A DNA stretch of 53,171 nucleotides from Candidatus Yanofskybacteria bacterium RIFCSPHIGHO2_02_FULL_43_17 (lineage in GTDB: Bacteria > Patescibacteriota > Minisyncoccia > 2-02-FULL-40-12 > GWA2-44-9), in NCBI GenBank assembly GCA_001794435.1, contig MGJU01000014.1, forward strand, positions 93,494 to 146,664, in the 5' to 3' direction. This document shows, piece after piece, positions 18,355 through 28,798 of this stretch (positions are counted from its first letter, which is position 1; every line of letters begins with the position of its first letter). Made by a program: the position numbers and the translations under genes. The notes beneath the pieces were generated by a model. It worked only from the letters and a program-made list of their open reading frames with translations, was not told where the DNA came from and made no database searches.

Positions 18355-20385
18355 CTATCTTAACATTTTTAAGAATTCTTTCTCGTTTATCACTTTGACT
18401 CCAAGTTTCTTGGCCGCATCATATTTCGAACCCGGCTCTGTACCGGCGACAACGTAATCAGTGTTTTTAGAAACAGAAGAAGAAACATCGCCTCCCAGTT
18501 CTCTGATGCGGTCTTTGGCCTCGTCTCTGCCCAGTGTTTCGAGTGTGCCGGTTAGCACGAATGTTTTTCCGGCAAGTTTTTCTGACCTTGCTGACGCTTT
18601 TTCAATGTGAATTTCAATTCCCGACTTCTCAAACTTCCCTACCAGTTTTTTATTGTAAGGTTTTTGGAACCAATCATAAATACTTTGCGCAACAATGGGG
18701 CCTATGTCCGGGATATTTTGAAGTTCTTCCTGTTCGGTGTGTTCAAAAAGATTGCCTAATTCGCCAACTTTTAATTTTTTACTTTTTACTTTTAACTTAG
18801 CAATTGCAAATTTTGCAATTGCAAGCGCCGTTTCTTCGCCAACATGGTCAATTCCAAGAGCATAGATGAACTTAGCCAGTGGAACTTGCTTTTTCTTCCT
18901 TATGGCGTTTACGGTATTTTCAGCCGATTTTTCCGCGAATCTTTCAAGATTCAGGAGGTCTTCTTTTCCAAGCATGAAAAGATCTGCCGCATCGTTTATG
19001 AGGGCCACATCCATTAGTTGATCAACTATTTTTGGGCCTACACCGTCAATATCCAGAGCTTTTTTGGATACGAAATGGTATATCGCCTCTCTTCTTATAG
19101 CCGGACAGTTTTTGTTAATACACTTAAAGGCAACTTGATCCCTGACTCTTTTTACTGGTTCTCCGCATATGGGACAATTTAAAGGCATATGGAATTCCTT
19201 TTCTTTTCCGGTTCGGAACTCTCTCAACACTTTTTTAATGTCCGGTATTACGTCGCCTGCTCTCCCGACTATGGCCGTATCCCCTATCTTTAACCCAAGC
19301 CGTCTTATCTCATCCAGATTATGGAGTGTTGCGCGAGAGACAGTTGTTCCCCCGATGTTCACTGGTTTTAATTTTGCGACGGGAGTAAGAACGCCGGTTC
19401 TTCCAACCTGGACGATTATGTCTTCGACTACCGTCTCCGATTCTTTGGGGGAGAACTTATATGCGATTGCTCCTCTCGGAGCCTTGCCGACAACACCTGT
19501 TCGCTGGAAAGATTTTTCGTCATTGAGTATGACGACTACTCCGTCTATTTCATAGTTCAACTGGTCGCGATGCTTCTCCCAATAGTCTCTGAATTTTTGA
19601 ACTTCGTCGAGATCTTTGGCAAATTTATTATGCGGGTTTGTTTTGAATCCCAGTGATTTTAATATCCGATGTTCTTCTTCGTGGGTTTTCTGGCCGAGGT
19701 CGGTGACGAGAGAGTAGGCGAACGAATCCATATTGCGTGAAGCGGTGATCTTCGGGTCGAGCTGTCTGACAGAACCGGCGGCAAGATTGCGAGGATTGGC
19801 GTATGCTTTAAGACCGGCTTTGTCCTGTTCTTTGTTTATTCTCTCAAAATCCTTTTTGGTTATGAACACTTCTCCTCTTACAACCACGTCCTTTTCGATG
19901 GCCAGTACAAGCGGGACGGCATCTACTGTCTTTAGATTCTGGGTCACCTCTTCTCCTGTCAGGCCGTCGCCCCGAGTCGAACCAATTTCTAAAACCCCTT
20001 TTTTGTATGTCAGTTCGACAGCTAACCCGTCAATCTTAAGTTCGCAATAATAGCCATGCCTACTTGCTCCGGGATGTATTTTTTCAAAGCGAGCCTCCCA
20101 TTCTTTCATATCTTTTTTATCGAAAGCATCGTTGAATGATAGCATGGGTTTGGGATGTCGGACTTTGGAAAATTCTTTTAGAGGTTTTCCGCCAATCCTT
20201 TGAGTCGGCGAGTCGGGAGTTATGAGTTCCGGAAATTGCTGTTCCAAATCAAAAAGCTCCTTTTTTAAGGAGTCCAACGCCTCGTCGGATATCTCTTGCT
20301 TATCTAAAACATGATAAAGATATCGATGTCGATTAATAACTTTTCGCAGTTTCTCTATTCTTTTCTTGATCTCAACTTTATCCAT
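18355..20385 (-). CDS. ligA: NAD-dependent DNA ligase
   Basis: ELKIDG, TRGDG, NPRNLAAGS, zinc finger CPICG and C-terminal BRCT. Confidence 0.97.
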   Translation of the reverse strand: MDKVEIKKRIEKLRKVINRHRYLYHVLDKQEISDEALDSLKKELFDLEQQFPELITPDSPTQRIGGKPLKEFSKVRHPKPMLSFNDAFDKKDMKEWEARFEKIHPGASRHGYYCELKIDGLAVELTYKKGVLEIGSTRGDGLTGEEVTQNLKTVDAVPLVLAIEKDVVVRGEVFITKKDFERINKEQDKAGLKAYANPRNLAAGSVRQLDPKITASRNMDSFAYSLVTDLGQKTHEEEHRILKSLGFKTNPHNKFAKDLDEVQKFRDYWEKHRDQLNYEIDGVVVILNDEKSFQRTGVVGKAPRGAIAYKFSPKESETVVEDIIVQVGRTGVLTPVAKLKPVNIGGTTVSRATLHNLDEIRRLGLKIGDTAIVGRAGDVIPDIKKVLREFRTGKEKEFHMPLNCPICGEPVKRVRDQVAFKCINKNCPAIRREAIYHFVSKKALDIDGVGPKIVDQLMDVALINDAADLFMLGKEDLLNLERFAEKSAENTVNAIRKKKQVPLAKFIYALGIDHVGEETALAIAKFAIAKLKVKSKKLKVGELGNLFEHTEQEELQNIPDIGPIVAQSIYDWFQKPYNKKLVGKFEKSGIEIHIEKASARSEKLAGKTFVLTGTLETLGRDEAKDRIRELGGDVSSSVSKNTDYVVAGTEPGSKYDAAKKLGVKVINEKEFLKMLR

Positions 20386-20455
20386 GAAACCTAATATAAC
20401 TCAAATAAAAATGAGTGGGAAGGGTAATTTTAGCTATTTTAAAGACCGTTTATGA

Positions 20456-20800
20456 TTATAGCTCCGATATTTCAAACGAACGGCTTATGCTGCGATAAGT
20501 GCCTACGGCGCGGTAATTTAGCGTTTCTCCGCCGGGACACGTAGAAGGTAGGTTATTATTATATATTATGTACGTAGCGCCGTTACTCATTGTCGGCTGG
20601 GAAAGAGTCGGAGATCTTTCCCTGTTGTTATATAAACACCACTCCAAAGCACTGTCTGCGGCATAAGCGGCGCCGATTGAGTTTGTGGCTTCGGTTATTG
20701 ACCTGATTCGGGGTATGAAAATGCGTGTCAAAGCCAAAGTTATAGAAAGAATGGACGTAACCATCAATACGGTGAAAATAATTATAGAACCTCTTTGCAT
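20456..20800 (-). CDS. PilX-like minor pilin
   Basis: QRGSIIIFTVL...AAYAADSALEW. Confidence 0.75.
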   Translation of the reverse strand: MQRGSIIIFTVLMVTSILSITLALTRIFIPRIRSITEATNSIGAAYAADSALEWCLYNNRERSPTLSQPTMSNGATYIIYNNNLPSTCPGGETLNYRAVGTYRSISRSFEISEL

Positions 20801-20868
20801 TAGCCATTAGCTATTAGCAACTAGTCACCAGCAACCCTAATTAGTCGCTAGTCGCTAGTCGCTAGTCG

Positions 20869-21426
20869 CTAGTTTAGAAATTCTTCCCTCACGTCTCTTG
20901 AAGAAATGGTTGTTTGTATGTCGAACCTGAGACCCTCGCGACCGCTTGCGGTTTGAACTGAGGCGACAATTGTCACTCTCGGCTGTTCGTCGTCAATACC
21001 GGATCCTCTGACGCAAAAATTGAGGCGAGTGAAATTGATTTTAGCCGAAGTGATCGGGAAAGTGTTACCGCCGACGGTCTTGTTTATGATGCCGCCGCTT
21101 ACCGAATATCTAACCGAACCGCTTATCGGATGGTCCATTGTCAAACTGGTGAGGTTGCATCCCAAGTCGTCGGGGCTTTGGATTTGACTTACCCTGATTT
21201 CTCTTGCCATTGATTCTAAAGCAAACAGGGTTTCTTCTTGTATTTTCTGGGCGCCGAAGCCGCGTCTTTGCAAGTTTAGAACATTCACAAAATTAGTGGC
21301 TACGATTATTGAAATGATGGAAAAAACGAAAGCAGCGGTAATAAGTTCTACCATACCGAACCCACCCTCTTTATTTGCAAGTTGACCAAATCGGCGGATT
21401 ATTTTTTTAAGATTATTCATGATCAT
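20869..21426 (-). CDS. PilW-like minor pilin
   Basis: GFGMVELI prepilin motif; LESMAREIR. Confidence 0.8.
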   Translation of the reverse strand: MIMNNLKKIIRRFGQLANKEGGFGMVELITAAFVFSIISIIVATNFVNVLNLQRRGFGAQKIQEETLFALESMAREIRVSQIQSPDDLGCNLTSLTMDHPISGSVRYSVSGGIINKTVGGNTFPITSAKINFTRLNFCVRGSGIDDEQPRVTIVASVQTASGREGLRFDIQTTISSRDVREEFLN

Positions 21427-21923
21427 TTCCAGTCAAATAAATGCGACTCGGCGCTAACGGTTCGGTTTATATTTCCTCTCTCCGTCCAAGTCACTAGGCT
21501 TGTGAGAATCAATTCACGGCTGTTGGGCTTGGATATGGTAATAGTTCTTCTGAATAATGTATTTGTTCCGGTCGAGTAATTATAAACCCCATTATTCTTC
21601 CTTAGTACCGGATTTGAACCGACCGTCATAAGACCTCCGTTCACGGTATCCCACTGAACACGCCAAGTTCCGGTAGGCAGATTGTTGTCAAACGCAGATC
21701 CGTTTAGCCAATTAGTATCCCTCATGTTTCTTATCACTTCTATCCCCTCTTGGGCCAGATTTGCTCCGATAAGGTTGTGTTCAATGCGCGCCGCGACGTT
21801 TATTGATGATGTGGCCAATATCAAAACCGGCCCCATTGCAACGGTTACTAACACAAGGGCTACCATTGCTTCTACCAAAGTGAAACCCCTCTCCCTATTC
21901 GATTTTGCCGGCAGTTGATACAT
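21423..21923 (-). CDS. PilV-like minor pilin
   Basis: RGFTLVEAMVA; ANLAQEGIEVIRN. Confidence 0.85.
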   Translation of the reverse strand: MYQLPAKSNRERGFTLVEAMVALVLVTVAMGPVLILATSSINVAARIEHNLIGANLAQEGIEVIRNMRDTNWLNGSAFDNNLPTGTWRVQWDTVNGGLMTVGSNPVLRKNNGVYNYSTGTNTLFRRTITISKPNSRELILTSLVTWTERGNINRTVSAESHLFDWK

Positions 21924-22443
21924 TGATTGTTTTGCAATCCTGAGGACAGTTGCCGCCTATTTTGCCTATGGTTATGGACAAGCTGTAATTGGGTTCATTG
22001 TGAACCGTGCCTCCGGAGTCAATTATGAATGTTTTGGGGTCAGGCGGTTCAAAATATGTTGCCCGGAAAACAGTTTTGAACTCGACTTTCGGATCTTCAA
22101 AACTCACCACCTCAATATCAGCATCATTATCCGGTCCGCCGGTGGGATTATAGTTCTTGTTTTGTGTTGAGCAGTTGAGAGCGCTTGCGTTTTCCCCTAC
22201 ATATATGGCGTATGACCGATTATTTATGTATCTGACCCCGTACCCGCACCTTATAGATCCGTTAAAACGGGTACTTGAAGCGGCTTTTGTTTGAGCTATG
22301 CGGACCTTAGATATGAAAGTATTTGTCTCTTCGCTGAAATTTATTCTGGTTCGCGAAAAGTTGATCAGGAGGAAAGTGGTTATAAAGCCAGTTATCGAGG
22401 CCACTATCAGCACTTCAAGCAATGTGAAACCATTCCTGCTCAT
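21895..22443 (-). CDS. FimT/GspH-like minor pilin
   Basis: NGFTLLEVLIV; KVRIAQTKA. Confidence 0.85.
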   Translation of the reverse strand: MSRNGFTLLEVLIVASITGFITTFLLINFSRTRINFSEETNTFISKVRIAQTKAASSTRFNGSIRCGYGVRYINNRSYAIYVGENASALNCSTQNKNYNPTGGPDNDADIEVVSFEDPKVEFKTVFRATYFEPPDPKTFIIDSGGTVHNEPNYSLSITIGKIGGNCPQDCKTINVSTAGKIE

Positions 22444-22456
22444 AAAAGGTGAGTTG

Positions 22457-22891
22457 TTATTCTAATCTGACAGTTATCCTGTCTCCGGGATTAACGAAGA
22501 TTTTGTTGAGGTCTTTTGTGTCGATTTTTCTCTCGTTGACGCTAAAATAAAAACTCTTGTCATCGGTGGCAACGTGATCGTTGATCTCAATCACGGTGGT
22601 GTTGTTGTCTTGATCAACCGTATAGATGATCTTGATCTGGCCGGCAGCAACAGATGCATTTAAAGTATCCAGGACGGTCATCTTTTCGGTTACTTCTCCC
22701 TTGAACACCCTTTTCATATTGTCAAAATCAATCAGCAGAGCCGTTTCGTTTTTGGGCACGTTTTTAAACACGGAATCTTCTTTGCTGGAGAACCTCTCAA
22801 AAACAAATATGGCGCCAGCAATTATGACAACAAAAATAATTTGAACGGCAAGCGTGTTACTGAAAATATTTCGCAATTTCTTGAAGTTCAT
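22457..22891 (-). CDS. Membrane-anchored DUF4430-like protein
   Basis: TM helix, then TVLDTL...VIEIND...FYFSVN...VNPGDRI. Confidence 0.6.
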   Translation of the reverse strand: MNFKKLRNIFSNTLAVQIIFVVIIAGAIFVFERFSSKEDSVFKNVPKNETALLIDFDNMKRVFKGEVTEKMTVLDTLNASVAAGQIKIIYTVDQDNNTTVIEINDHVATDDKSFYFSVNERKIDTKDLNKIFVNPGDRITVRLE

Positions 22892-23615
22892 GGTCGTAAA
22901 TTATAAAAATTATTGTTGTCGCCGACAAGAACGCACCGAAGGGAATTTCTGTTTTGATAGTGGCTCTCTTTGTGACAAGAAGCGCTATCGAAAACATGGT
23001 TGCGATCCATACGGCTGCAACTATCGACAAGTAACCCATCGGGTATCCCAGCAGAAATCCGATTAGGAAGATCAATTTTATGTCTCCAAAGCCTATCCAC
23101 CTGCCCTTTGAGATAATATAAAGTATAGCAAAAAACGAAGTTAGTCCAAGAGCAGAAATCAACAGATAAGAAAAATCAGTAGCATCAGTCAGTAATTTCA
23201 AGCCGACTGCGGCTATTGCCGACAGGGCCAGTATTCTATCCGGGATAATAAAATAACGGACATCGAGGAAGATAACCAGTATAAGGAGTAATATGATAAA
23301 GGCACTTAACGCCGTTAGGTGGGACACGTTAGGCGTGTTCAAAAATAACAATAGCAACGTAATTGCCGTTGAAATTTCTACTACCGGATATAAGAGTGAT
23401 ATCTTTTTCCTACACTCTCTGCACCGTCCTCTGAGGATAAAATAGCTAAGGATAGGTATCAGGTCGAACCACCTAATAATTGAACCGCAGTTTAAACACT
23501 CTGACCTCCCTTTTACGATACCCTTCCTTGTATTGAACCTGAAAATGATGACATTAAAGAAACTTCCGGCGGAAAGGCCTATCAAAAATATAAAGATATA
23601 AAAATAGATCCCCAC
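22857..23615 (-). CDS. pilD: Prepilin peptidase
   Basis: GSFFNV, RSECLNC..WFDLIPILSY..GRCREC, GFGDIKL and IPFGAFL motifs. Confidence 0.92.
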   Translation of the reverse strand: MGIYFYIFIFLIGLSAGSFFNVIIFRFNTRKGIVKGRSECLNCGSIIRWFDLIPILSYFILRGRCRECRKKISLLYPVVEISTAITLLLLFLNTPNVSHLTALSAFIILLLILVIFLDVRYFIIPDRILALSAIAAVGLKLLTDATDFSYLLISALGLTSFFAILYIISKGRWIGFGDIKLIFLIGFLLGYPMGYLSIVAAVWIATMFSIALLVTKRATIKTEIPFGAFLSATTIIFIIYDHELQEIAKYFQ

Positions 23616-23643
23616 TCATATATGTTAGTATTTTTGGAGGATT

Positions 23644-23675
23644 ATGAAAACTTCGCCGTTAGGCGAAGTTTTCAT
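23644..23675 (-). terminator. Terminator after the major pilin gene
   Basis: ATGAAAACTTCGCC-GTTA-GGCGAAGTTTTCAT. Confidence 0.65.
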
Positions 23676-23715
23676 TTTATTACTAATAACTAGTGGCTAG
23701 TCGTTAATGCCTAGT

Positions 23716-24219
23716 TTACTGGGATTGGCCGGTGTCGTATATACAGTCAGCTGATGCACCGGTTCCGCAACCTGTTTTTGCGTCCAAGGTTCCATTTGCT
23801 GTCTGTCCCGTCCACCCTCCGGCCGTAGAGTTGATATCGGAATCACTGTTCAACGCCTGAGCCCACTGTTCTAACTCGGCCCATAGGTGATATCTGGTAT
23901 TACCATTATACGCGTAACCATATGTATGGGGCGAAACATTCAACGGGTCTACTGGCAATAGTGTCAAATACTTAGGTACCAGAAGTGTTGAGAGACCGGC
24001 AAAAGTCGCTTGTGCTGGATACTGACCATTATCGTCAAAGTAAAGCTCTAAAGCGGTTCTGGTCTGGTTGACATCGGCTATACGTTTGGCGTCTCTGGCT
24101 CGCTGGCGGGCTACTCCTAATTGGAGCAAGAGCAATGTTGCCAAAATACCAATGATGGCAATAACTACTAATAGCTCGACCAAGGTGAAACCTTTTTGAG
24201 ATTTTTGTCTTATATTCAT
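23716..24219 (-). CDS. Major type IV pilin / GspG-like
   Basis: KGFTLVELLVVIAIIGILA...ARDAKRIAD...ALELYF; start at MNIRQ. Confidence 0.9.
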   Translation of the reverse strand: MNIRQKSQKGFTLVELLVVIAIIGILATLLLLQLGVARQRARDAKRIADVNQTRTALELYFDDNGQYPAQATFAGLSTLLVPKYLTLLPVDPLNVSPHTYGYAYNGNTRYHLWAELEQWAQALNSDSDINSTAGGWTGQTANGTLDAKTGCGTGASADCIYDTGQSQ

Positions 24220-24325
24220 AATATTAATTGTATAGCATTTGGAACTCTTCGAACAAGTGCAAGTTGTCAACAGGAGATCAGAGTGAACTTCGGCTCAACA
24301 CAGCGGCAATGTCGGCACGAGGACG

Positions 24326-25534
24326 CTAAGCAATTCCAACTAGGTTATATATTGGCAGCAATATACTTGATACCAATATCGCAACTCCAAATCCAAGGAC
24401 AAGGACTAATATCGGCTCTATGAGCTGAGATATGCTGTCAATTGTGGTATCCGACTCCGATTTATAGAATTTTGATAAGTGTTCAAGCATAAAATCCAAT
24501 TTTCCGGTCTTTTCTCCTATGGCTACCATTGACGTGAATAAGGGTGGCATTTCCTCATGTTTTATAAGTATATCCGATATCGTTCCTCCGCCTCTGACAT
24601 TGTCTTCGGCGTCCAGCATTATTTTCTTGTAGTTCTCGTTGCCAACAAGTTCCGACGTTATTCTTATCCCGTCCAGTATGGGTATACCCGCTTTTATCAA
24701 GGTAGACAAACTCTCGGCAATACGGGCGAGGTAAAGATTTCTTATTACTACTCCCAATGACGGGAATTTAATCTTCGCATTATCAAGCCATGCTCTCCCT
24801 TTCGGGGTTCGAATCCAGACCCAACCGGAATAAGCCAACACCAACATGCCCAGTATTAGAAAGTAAAGATATGTATTTATGAAATTAGTGACCCAGATAA
24901 GTATCTTAGTGGTCAGGGGTAGGCCCTCAACTCCGGCTTCTTCAAAAATAGCCAACAGTTGAGGAAGAACATAAACAACCATAATGAGTGTGACTACAAC
25001 AAGGGCAAAGAGCACGAAAATCGGGTAAGCGAGTGCTCCTCGTATTTTGGAGTTGATACTCCGGCTTCTTTCAAGATACTCAGCCAGGTACAATAACGAC
25101 TCGTGAAGTTTTCCCGAAATCTCGCCTGATTGGACAAGCTTTATGTAAAAAGACGAGAACAATTTCGGATATTTAGACAGAGCTATCGATAGTGATGAGC
25201 CTGCTTCAACCGCCTCCGATACTTCGGCAATAATTTTTCTGAATGCCGGCTTTTCCACTTGTCTTGCTAAAGTTCTCAACCCCTCGCTTATCGGCATGTC
25301 GGCATCTACAAGAGTGGATAGCTGTCGGGTGAATACTACGACATCTTTTACATTGGGTCTTGAAAGAATTTCAGTTATGTCGGACCGAAAGACATCCTTT
25401 TTCAGAAGGATTAGTGATAGTATGACGTACCCTTTGCTGTGAAGTATGCCGACAGCGGCTGTTTCATCGGGCGCTTCTATGGTCCCTTCTAATATCTCGC
25501 CGAGCTGATCTTTTGCTTTATAACCGAATTCCAT
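24326..25534 (-). CDS. pilC: Type IV pilus platform protein PilC/GspF
   Basis: FTRQLSTL, GEISGKL, ALAYP, GEKTGKLD and LIEP motifs. Confidence 0.92.
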   Translation of the reverse strand: MEFGYKAKDQLGEILEGTIEAPDETAAVGILHSKGYVILSLILLKKDVFRSDITEILSRPNVKDVVVFTRQLSTLVDADMPISEGLRTLARQVEKPAFRKIIAEVSEAVEAGSSLSIALSKYPKLFSSFYIKLVQSGEISGKLHESLLYLAEYLERSRSINSKIRGALAYPIFVLFALVVVTLIMVVYVLPQLLAIFEEAGVEGLPLTTKILIWVTNFINTYLYFLILGMLVLAYSGWVWIRTPKGRAWLDNAKIKFPSLGVVIRNLYLARIAESLSTLIKAGIPILDGIRITSELVGNENYKKIMLDAEDNVRGGGTISDILIKHEEMPPLFTSMVAIGEKTGKLDFMLEHLSKFYKSESDTTIDSISQLIEPILVLVLGFGVAILVSSILLPIYNLVGIA

Positions 25535-25536
25535 AA

Positions 25537-26604
25537 TTATTTAAGTTGGTTTTTTAAATCTGCCGGATTCGATGAATAAAACTCCGCTCTTTCCAGGGAA
25601 ATCTCTTTTCTTCTGACTAGATCAGCCAAAGATCTATCCAGAGGTATCATGCCGACGTCTTGGCTGGTCTCTATTACAAGATCCAGCTGTCTTGGGCGGT
25701 TATCCCTGATCAATGTCCTTACCGCCGTGGTGGCTATCATTACTTCTACGGCTGGTATAAGACCGCCCCTGATTCTTTGTATTAAACGCTGAGAAATAAC
25801 GCCCGAGAGAGTGTTGGCCAGCTGGCTTCTTACTTGAGCCTGCTGATTTGGGGGAAAACTGTCGATGATGCGCTCTATTGTCTGAGAAGCGCTGTTAGTG
25901 TGCAAAGAAGCAAAAACAAGGTGGCCGGTCTCAGCGGCGGTAACAGCTGCGCTCATTGTTTCATAATCTCGCATCTCCCCCACCAAGATCACGTTTGCAT
26001 TCTGTCTGAATGTTGAACGGATCGCTTTATGGAAAGAAAAAGTATCCTGGTATATCTCCCGCTGGTCAATGATACTTTTGTCGGGTGTAAAAATATATTC
26101 TACAGGATCCTCGATGGTAACTATTTTTTCAGCTCGTTCTTTGTTGATGAGATCAACGATCGAAGCTAGTGTGGTTGACTTACCATGGCCGTTCGGACCG
26201 ACTACCAGGACGAATCCCTGGGAGAGCCGGCTGAATATTTTGACTATAGGCGGAAGGTTTAGTTCTTCCAGAGTTCTTATATCATTTGGTATCAAGCGTA
26301 AAGATGCCGCTATTCCGCCTCGGGTGTGGTAAGCGTTAACTCTGAATCTGTATTTTCCGGCGTATTCGTGTGAAAAATCAAGCTCTTTTTCGGAAAGAAA
26401 ACGGTCTTTTCTTTCAAGGCCGACCAACTCCATAACAACCCCGCTTGATGTTTCGGGATCCAGTATCTGAGTGTCAGCGATTTGGATCAGGAGACGTCCG
26501 TCGACTCTCATTGCCGGATAGTGTCCCGGAGAAATGTGGAGGTCCGACGCCCCGCTCTCGGCTGTTGTTAGCAGTAATTTCTCTAGATATTGTTTGTAAT
26601 CCAC
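25537..26604 (-). CDS. pilT: Pilus retraction ATPase PilT
   Basis: ASDLH, GPNGHGKSTT, TIEDPVEY, GEMRD and AAETGHLVFASLHTNSA motifs. Confidence 0.92.
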   Translation of the reverse strand: MDYKQYLEKLLLTTAESGASDLHISPGHYPAMRVDGRLLIQIADTQILDPETSSGVVMELVGLERKDRFLSEKELDFSHEYAGKYRFRVNAYHTRGGIAASLRLIPNDIRTLEELNLPPIVKIFSRLSQGFVLVVGPNGHGKSTTLASIVDLINKERAEKIVTIEDPVEYIFTPDKSIIDQREIYQDTFSFHKAIRSTFRQNANVILVGEMRDYETMSAAVTAAETGHLVFASLHTNSASQTIERIIDSFPPNQQAQVRSQLANTLSGVISQRLIQRIRGGLIPAVEVMIATTAVRTLIRDNRPRQLDLVIETSQDVGMIPLDRSLADLVRRKEISLERAEFYSSNPADLKNQLK

Positions 26605-26675
26605 CGATTAGCCACTAGCCACTAGTAGTTAGCCACCTCACCATGGCGGGGTGGTTGGGCACTAGTCGCTAGGCA

Positions 26676-28436
26676 TTATGCTGATTCGTTGGCTTGTGCC
26701 ACTTCTAACAACTCTTCTAATGATACCACACCCTTAAGAACCTTGATTATGCCATCTTGGAACATGGTTATCATATCCTGTCTTTTTGCCTCTTCCCTCA
26801 TTGCGGCTTCGGACAATGTTCCCAGTATTATCTTTTCCAGTTCATCGGTCATCTCCATCATCTCAAATATGCCGACACGTCCTTTAAATGCTTTTCCGGC
26901 GCATGTTTTGCACGGGTTTTCAGTATTAGGTTTGAATACCACATAGCCCTTATCGGACAATAATTTTTCCTGGTACTCTTGAGGCATATCTTGTATTGCC
27001 TTGGTTATTATCGACTCTTCTCCGCTATTGGCTTTTGTTTTGATTTTGCAGTCAGGACATAACCGCCGCAACAAGCGTTGCGCGGCAGCGACGTTCAATG
27101 TTGGCGGTATCAGATATTTTTCCACATTCATATCTATGAGTCGGGGCACTACTCCCATCGAATCGTTCGTATGCAAGGTGGACAAGACGATGTGACCCGT
27201 CAAAGCGGCTTGAGTAGCAAGGCCTGCCGTTTCCCGGTCTCTTATCTCTCCAACCATTATTACATCAGGATCTTGCCGTAGGATGTGCCTTAATCCGTTG
27301 GCAAAGGTATAACCTATCTCTTCATGCACCTGCGATTGGTTAACCCCGTCGATAAAGTATTCGATCGGATCTTCGAGCGTTACGATGTTGATATCCTCGG
27401 TATTCATAATTCTTAACATGGCGGCCAGAGTCGTTGATTTACCCGAACCAGTCGGGCCAGTTATCAGTATACTTCCGAACGGTTTTTCCATACCCCGTCG
27501 AAGAATGTCGATTGATCTGCCCTCCAGGCCAAGATCGGCGAGAGTTATGTTGCCGGCAAGCGGATCCAGAATTCGCATTACCACCTTTTCCCCGTTTTTG
27601 GTTGGAAATGTGGAAACACGAAAATCTATTTTCCTTTCTCCTAGCTTGGTGGCGAATCTGCCATCCTGCGCCAGTCGTGTTTCGTCTATTTTCAAGTCGG
27701 AAAGAATTTTTATGCGGGTTACTATGGCAGACTGGAGATTTTTGGGCAAGACCAAAGAAGTAATTAAAATCCCGTCTACCCTGAATCTTACTCTGACCCT
27801 GTCTTCGAACGGCTCAATGTGAATATCCGATGCCCTTGATTCGACTGCGTGTCTTACTATGACCGCAACTATCCGGGTAACCGGCGCTTCTGCGCTTAAC
27901 TCTTCCAGAGGGGTCTTAACGGGACCTCCCTTTATTTCTTTTTTCTCGAGTTCTTCGGCTAATGATTCAAGAGCCTGTCCCACTTCGCCGGTCAACGTCC
28001 GATAGTTCTTTACAACATTCGAGAAATCTTTGTGACTGATGAGATATTTTTCAATGTTCAGTCCTGACCTTCCTGCCATAAACTTCAATGCCTCAAGAGC
28101 GTTTATGTTTTCTGGATCAACAATACCCACTTTTAAAGTGCCGCCTTCTTTAGCAAAGGGAACTATCTTGTAGAACGTTACCGTATCTTCGGGGATATCT
28201 TTAAGCGCTTCTTTATCCAGATCTATCTCATCCAGTCGGACTATCGGCAGCTGATATGTCTTCGACTTGAAATCCATAAAATCATTCTCGGGCATAACTC
28301 CCTGGTCGATTAGTATTTGTCCGAAGTCCTTATCCTGAGCCTGAGCAAGGTTTTCAAGTACCCCAATATCTTCCTGGGATACAAAGCCGGCTTTTATAAG
28401 CTCTTCTACTAATGTTTGAGGGATTTTGATCGCCAT
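26676..28436 (-). CDS. pilB: Pilus assembly ATPase PilB/GspE
   Basis: ASDIHIEP, QDGRF, GPTGSGKSTT, LRQDPDVIMVGEIRD and Cys zinc motifs. Confidence 0.93.
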   Translation of the reverse strand: MAIKIPQTLVEELIKAGFVSQEDIGVLENLAQAQDKDFGQILIDQGVMPENDFMDFKSKTYQLPIVRLDEIDLDKEALKDIPEDTVTFYKIVPFAKEGGTLKVGIVDPENINALEALKFMAGRSGLNIEKYLISHKDFSNVVKNYRTLTGEVGQALESLAEELEKKEIKGGPVKTPLEELSAEAPVTRIVAVIVRHAVESRASDIHIEPFEDRVRVRFRVDGILITSLVLPKNLQSAIVTRIKILSDLKIDETRLAQDGRFATKLGERKIDFRVSTFPTKNGEKVVMRILDPLAGNITLADLGLEGRSIDILRRGMEKPFGSILITGPTGSGKSTTLAAMLRIMNTEDINIVTLEDPIEYFIDGVNQSQVHEEIGYTFANGLRHILRQDPDVIMVGEIRDRETAGLATQAALTGHIVLSTLHTNDSMGVVPRLIDMNVEKYLIPPTLNVAAAQRLLRRLCPDCKIKTKANSGEESIITKAIQDMPQEYQEKLLSDKGYVVFKPNTENPCKTCAGKAFKGRVGIFEMMEMTDELEKIILGTLSEAAMREEAKRQDMITMFQDGIIKVLKGVVSLEELLEVAQANESA

Positions 28437-28504
28437 ATTTGAAAAATTAGCTCAAGCCGCGCTCGAGCGATACCAAACAGAAATATTTCAGGCGGATCTG
28501 GTCG

Positions 28505-28783
28505 CTAAAATGGGGCGAAGATATCTCTCTTGCCGGTTACGCCCGGCTTGACCGGTGATTCGCCGAATACTTTTAACGATTTGAATCTGCTGTCGTCAAG
28601 TATGGAGAAGTCGATGGCGAGATCTTTAAACATGGCGAGATCGCCTTTTGCCGCAACCGGCGAGGGGTTTATGGGTAATTGAGCCGGTTGTATCCACTGG
28701 GAGTAGAATAAATAACCTGCGGCGAACGCTACGACCACTATCAACATCATAATGGGCCTGTTTGTTAATTTTTGGTCTGTCAT
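28505..28783 (-). CDS. Small membrane protein in the PilP position
   Basis: TM helix; C-terminal GKRDIFAPF; lies between pilO and pilB. Confidence 0.65.
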   Translation of the reverse strand: MTDQKLTNRPIMMLIVVVAFAAGYLFYSQWIQPAQLPINPSPVAAKGDLAMFKDLAIDFSILDDSRFKSLKVFGESPVKPGVTGKRDIFAPF

Positions 28784-28798
28784 AATTACTTTTGCTTG

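Noticed and set aside
20800-20875. CRISPR array in the tandem repeat regions
   Set aside because: Units are 7-8 nt with no unique spacers, and no cas genes are present
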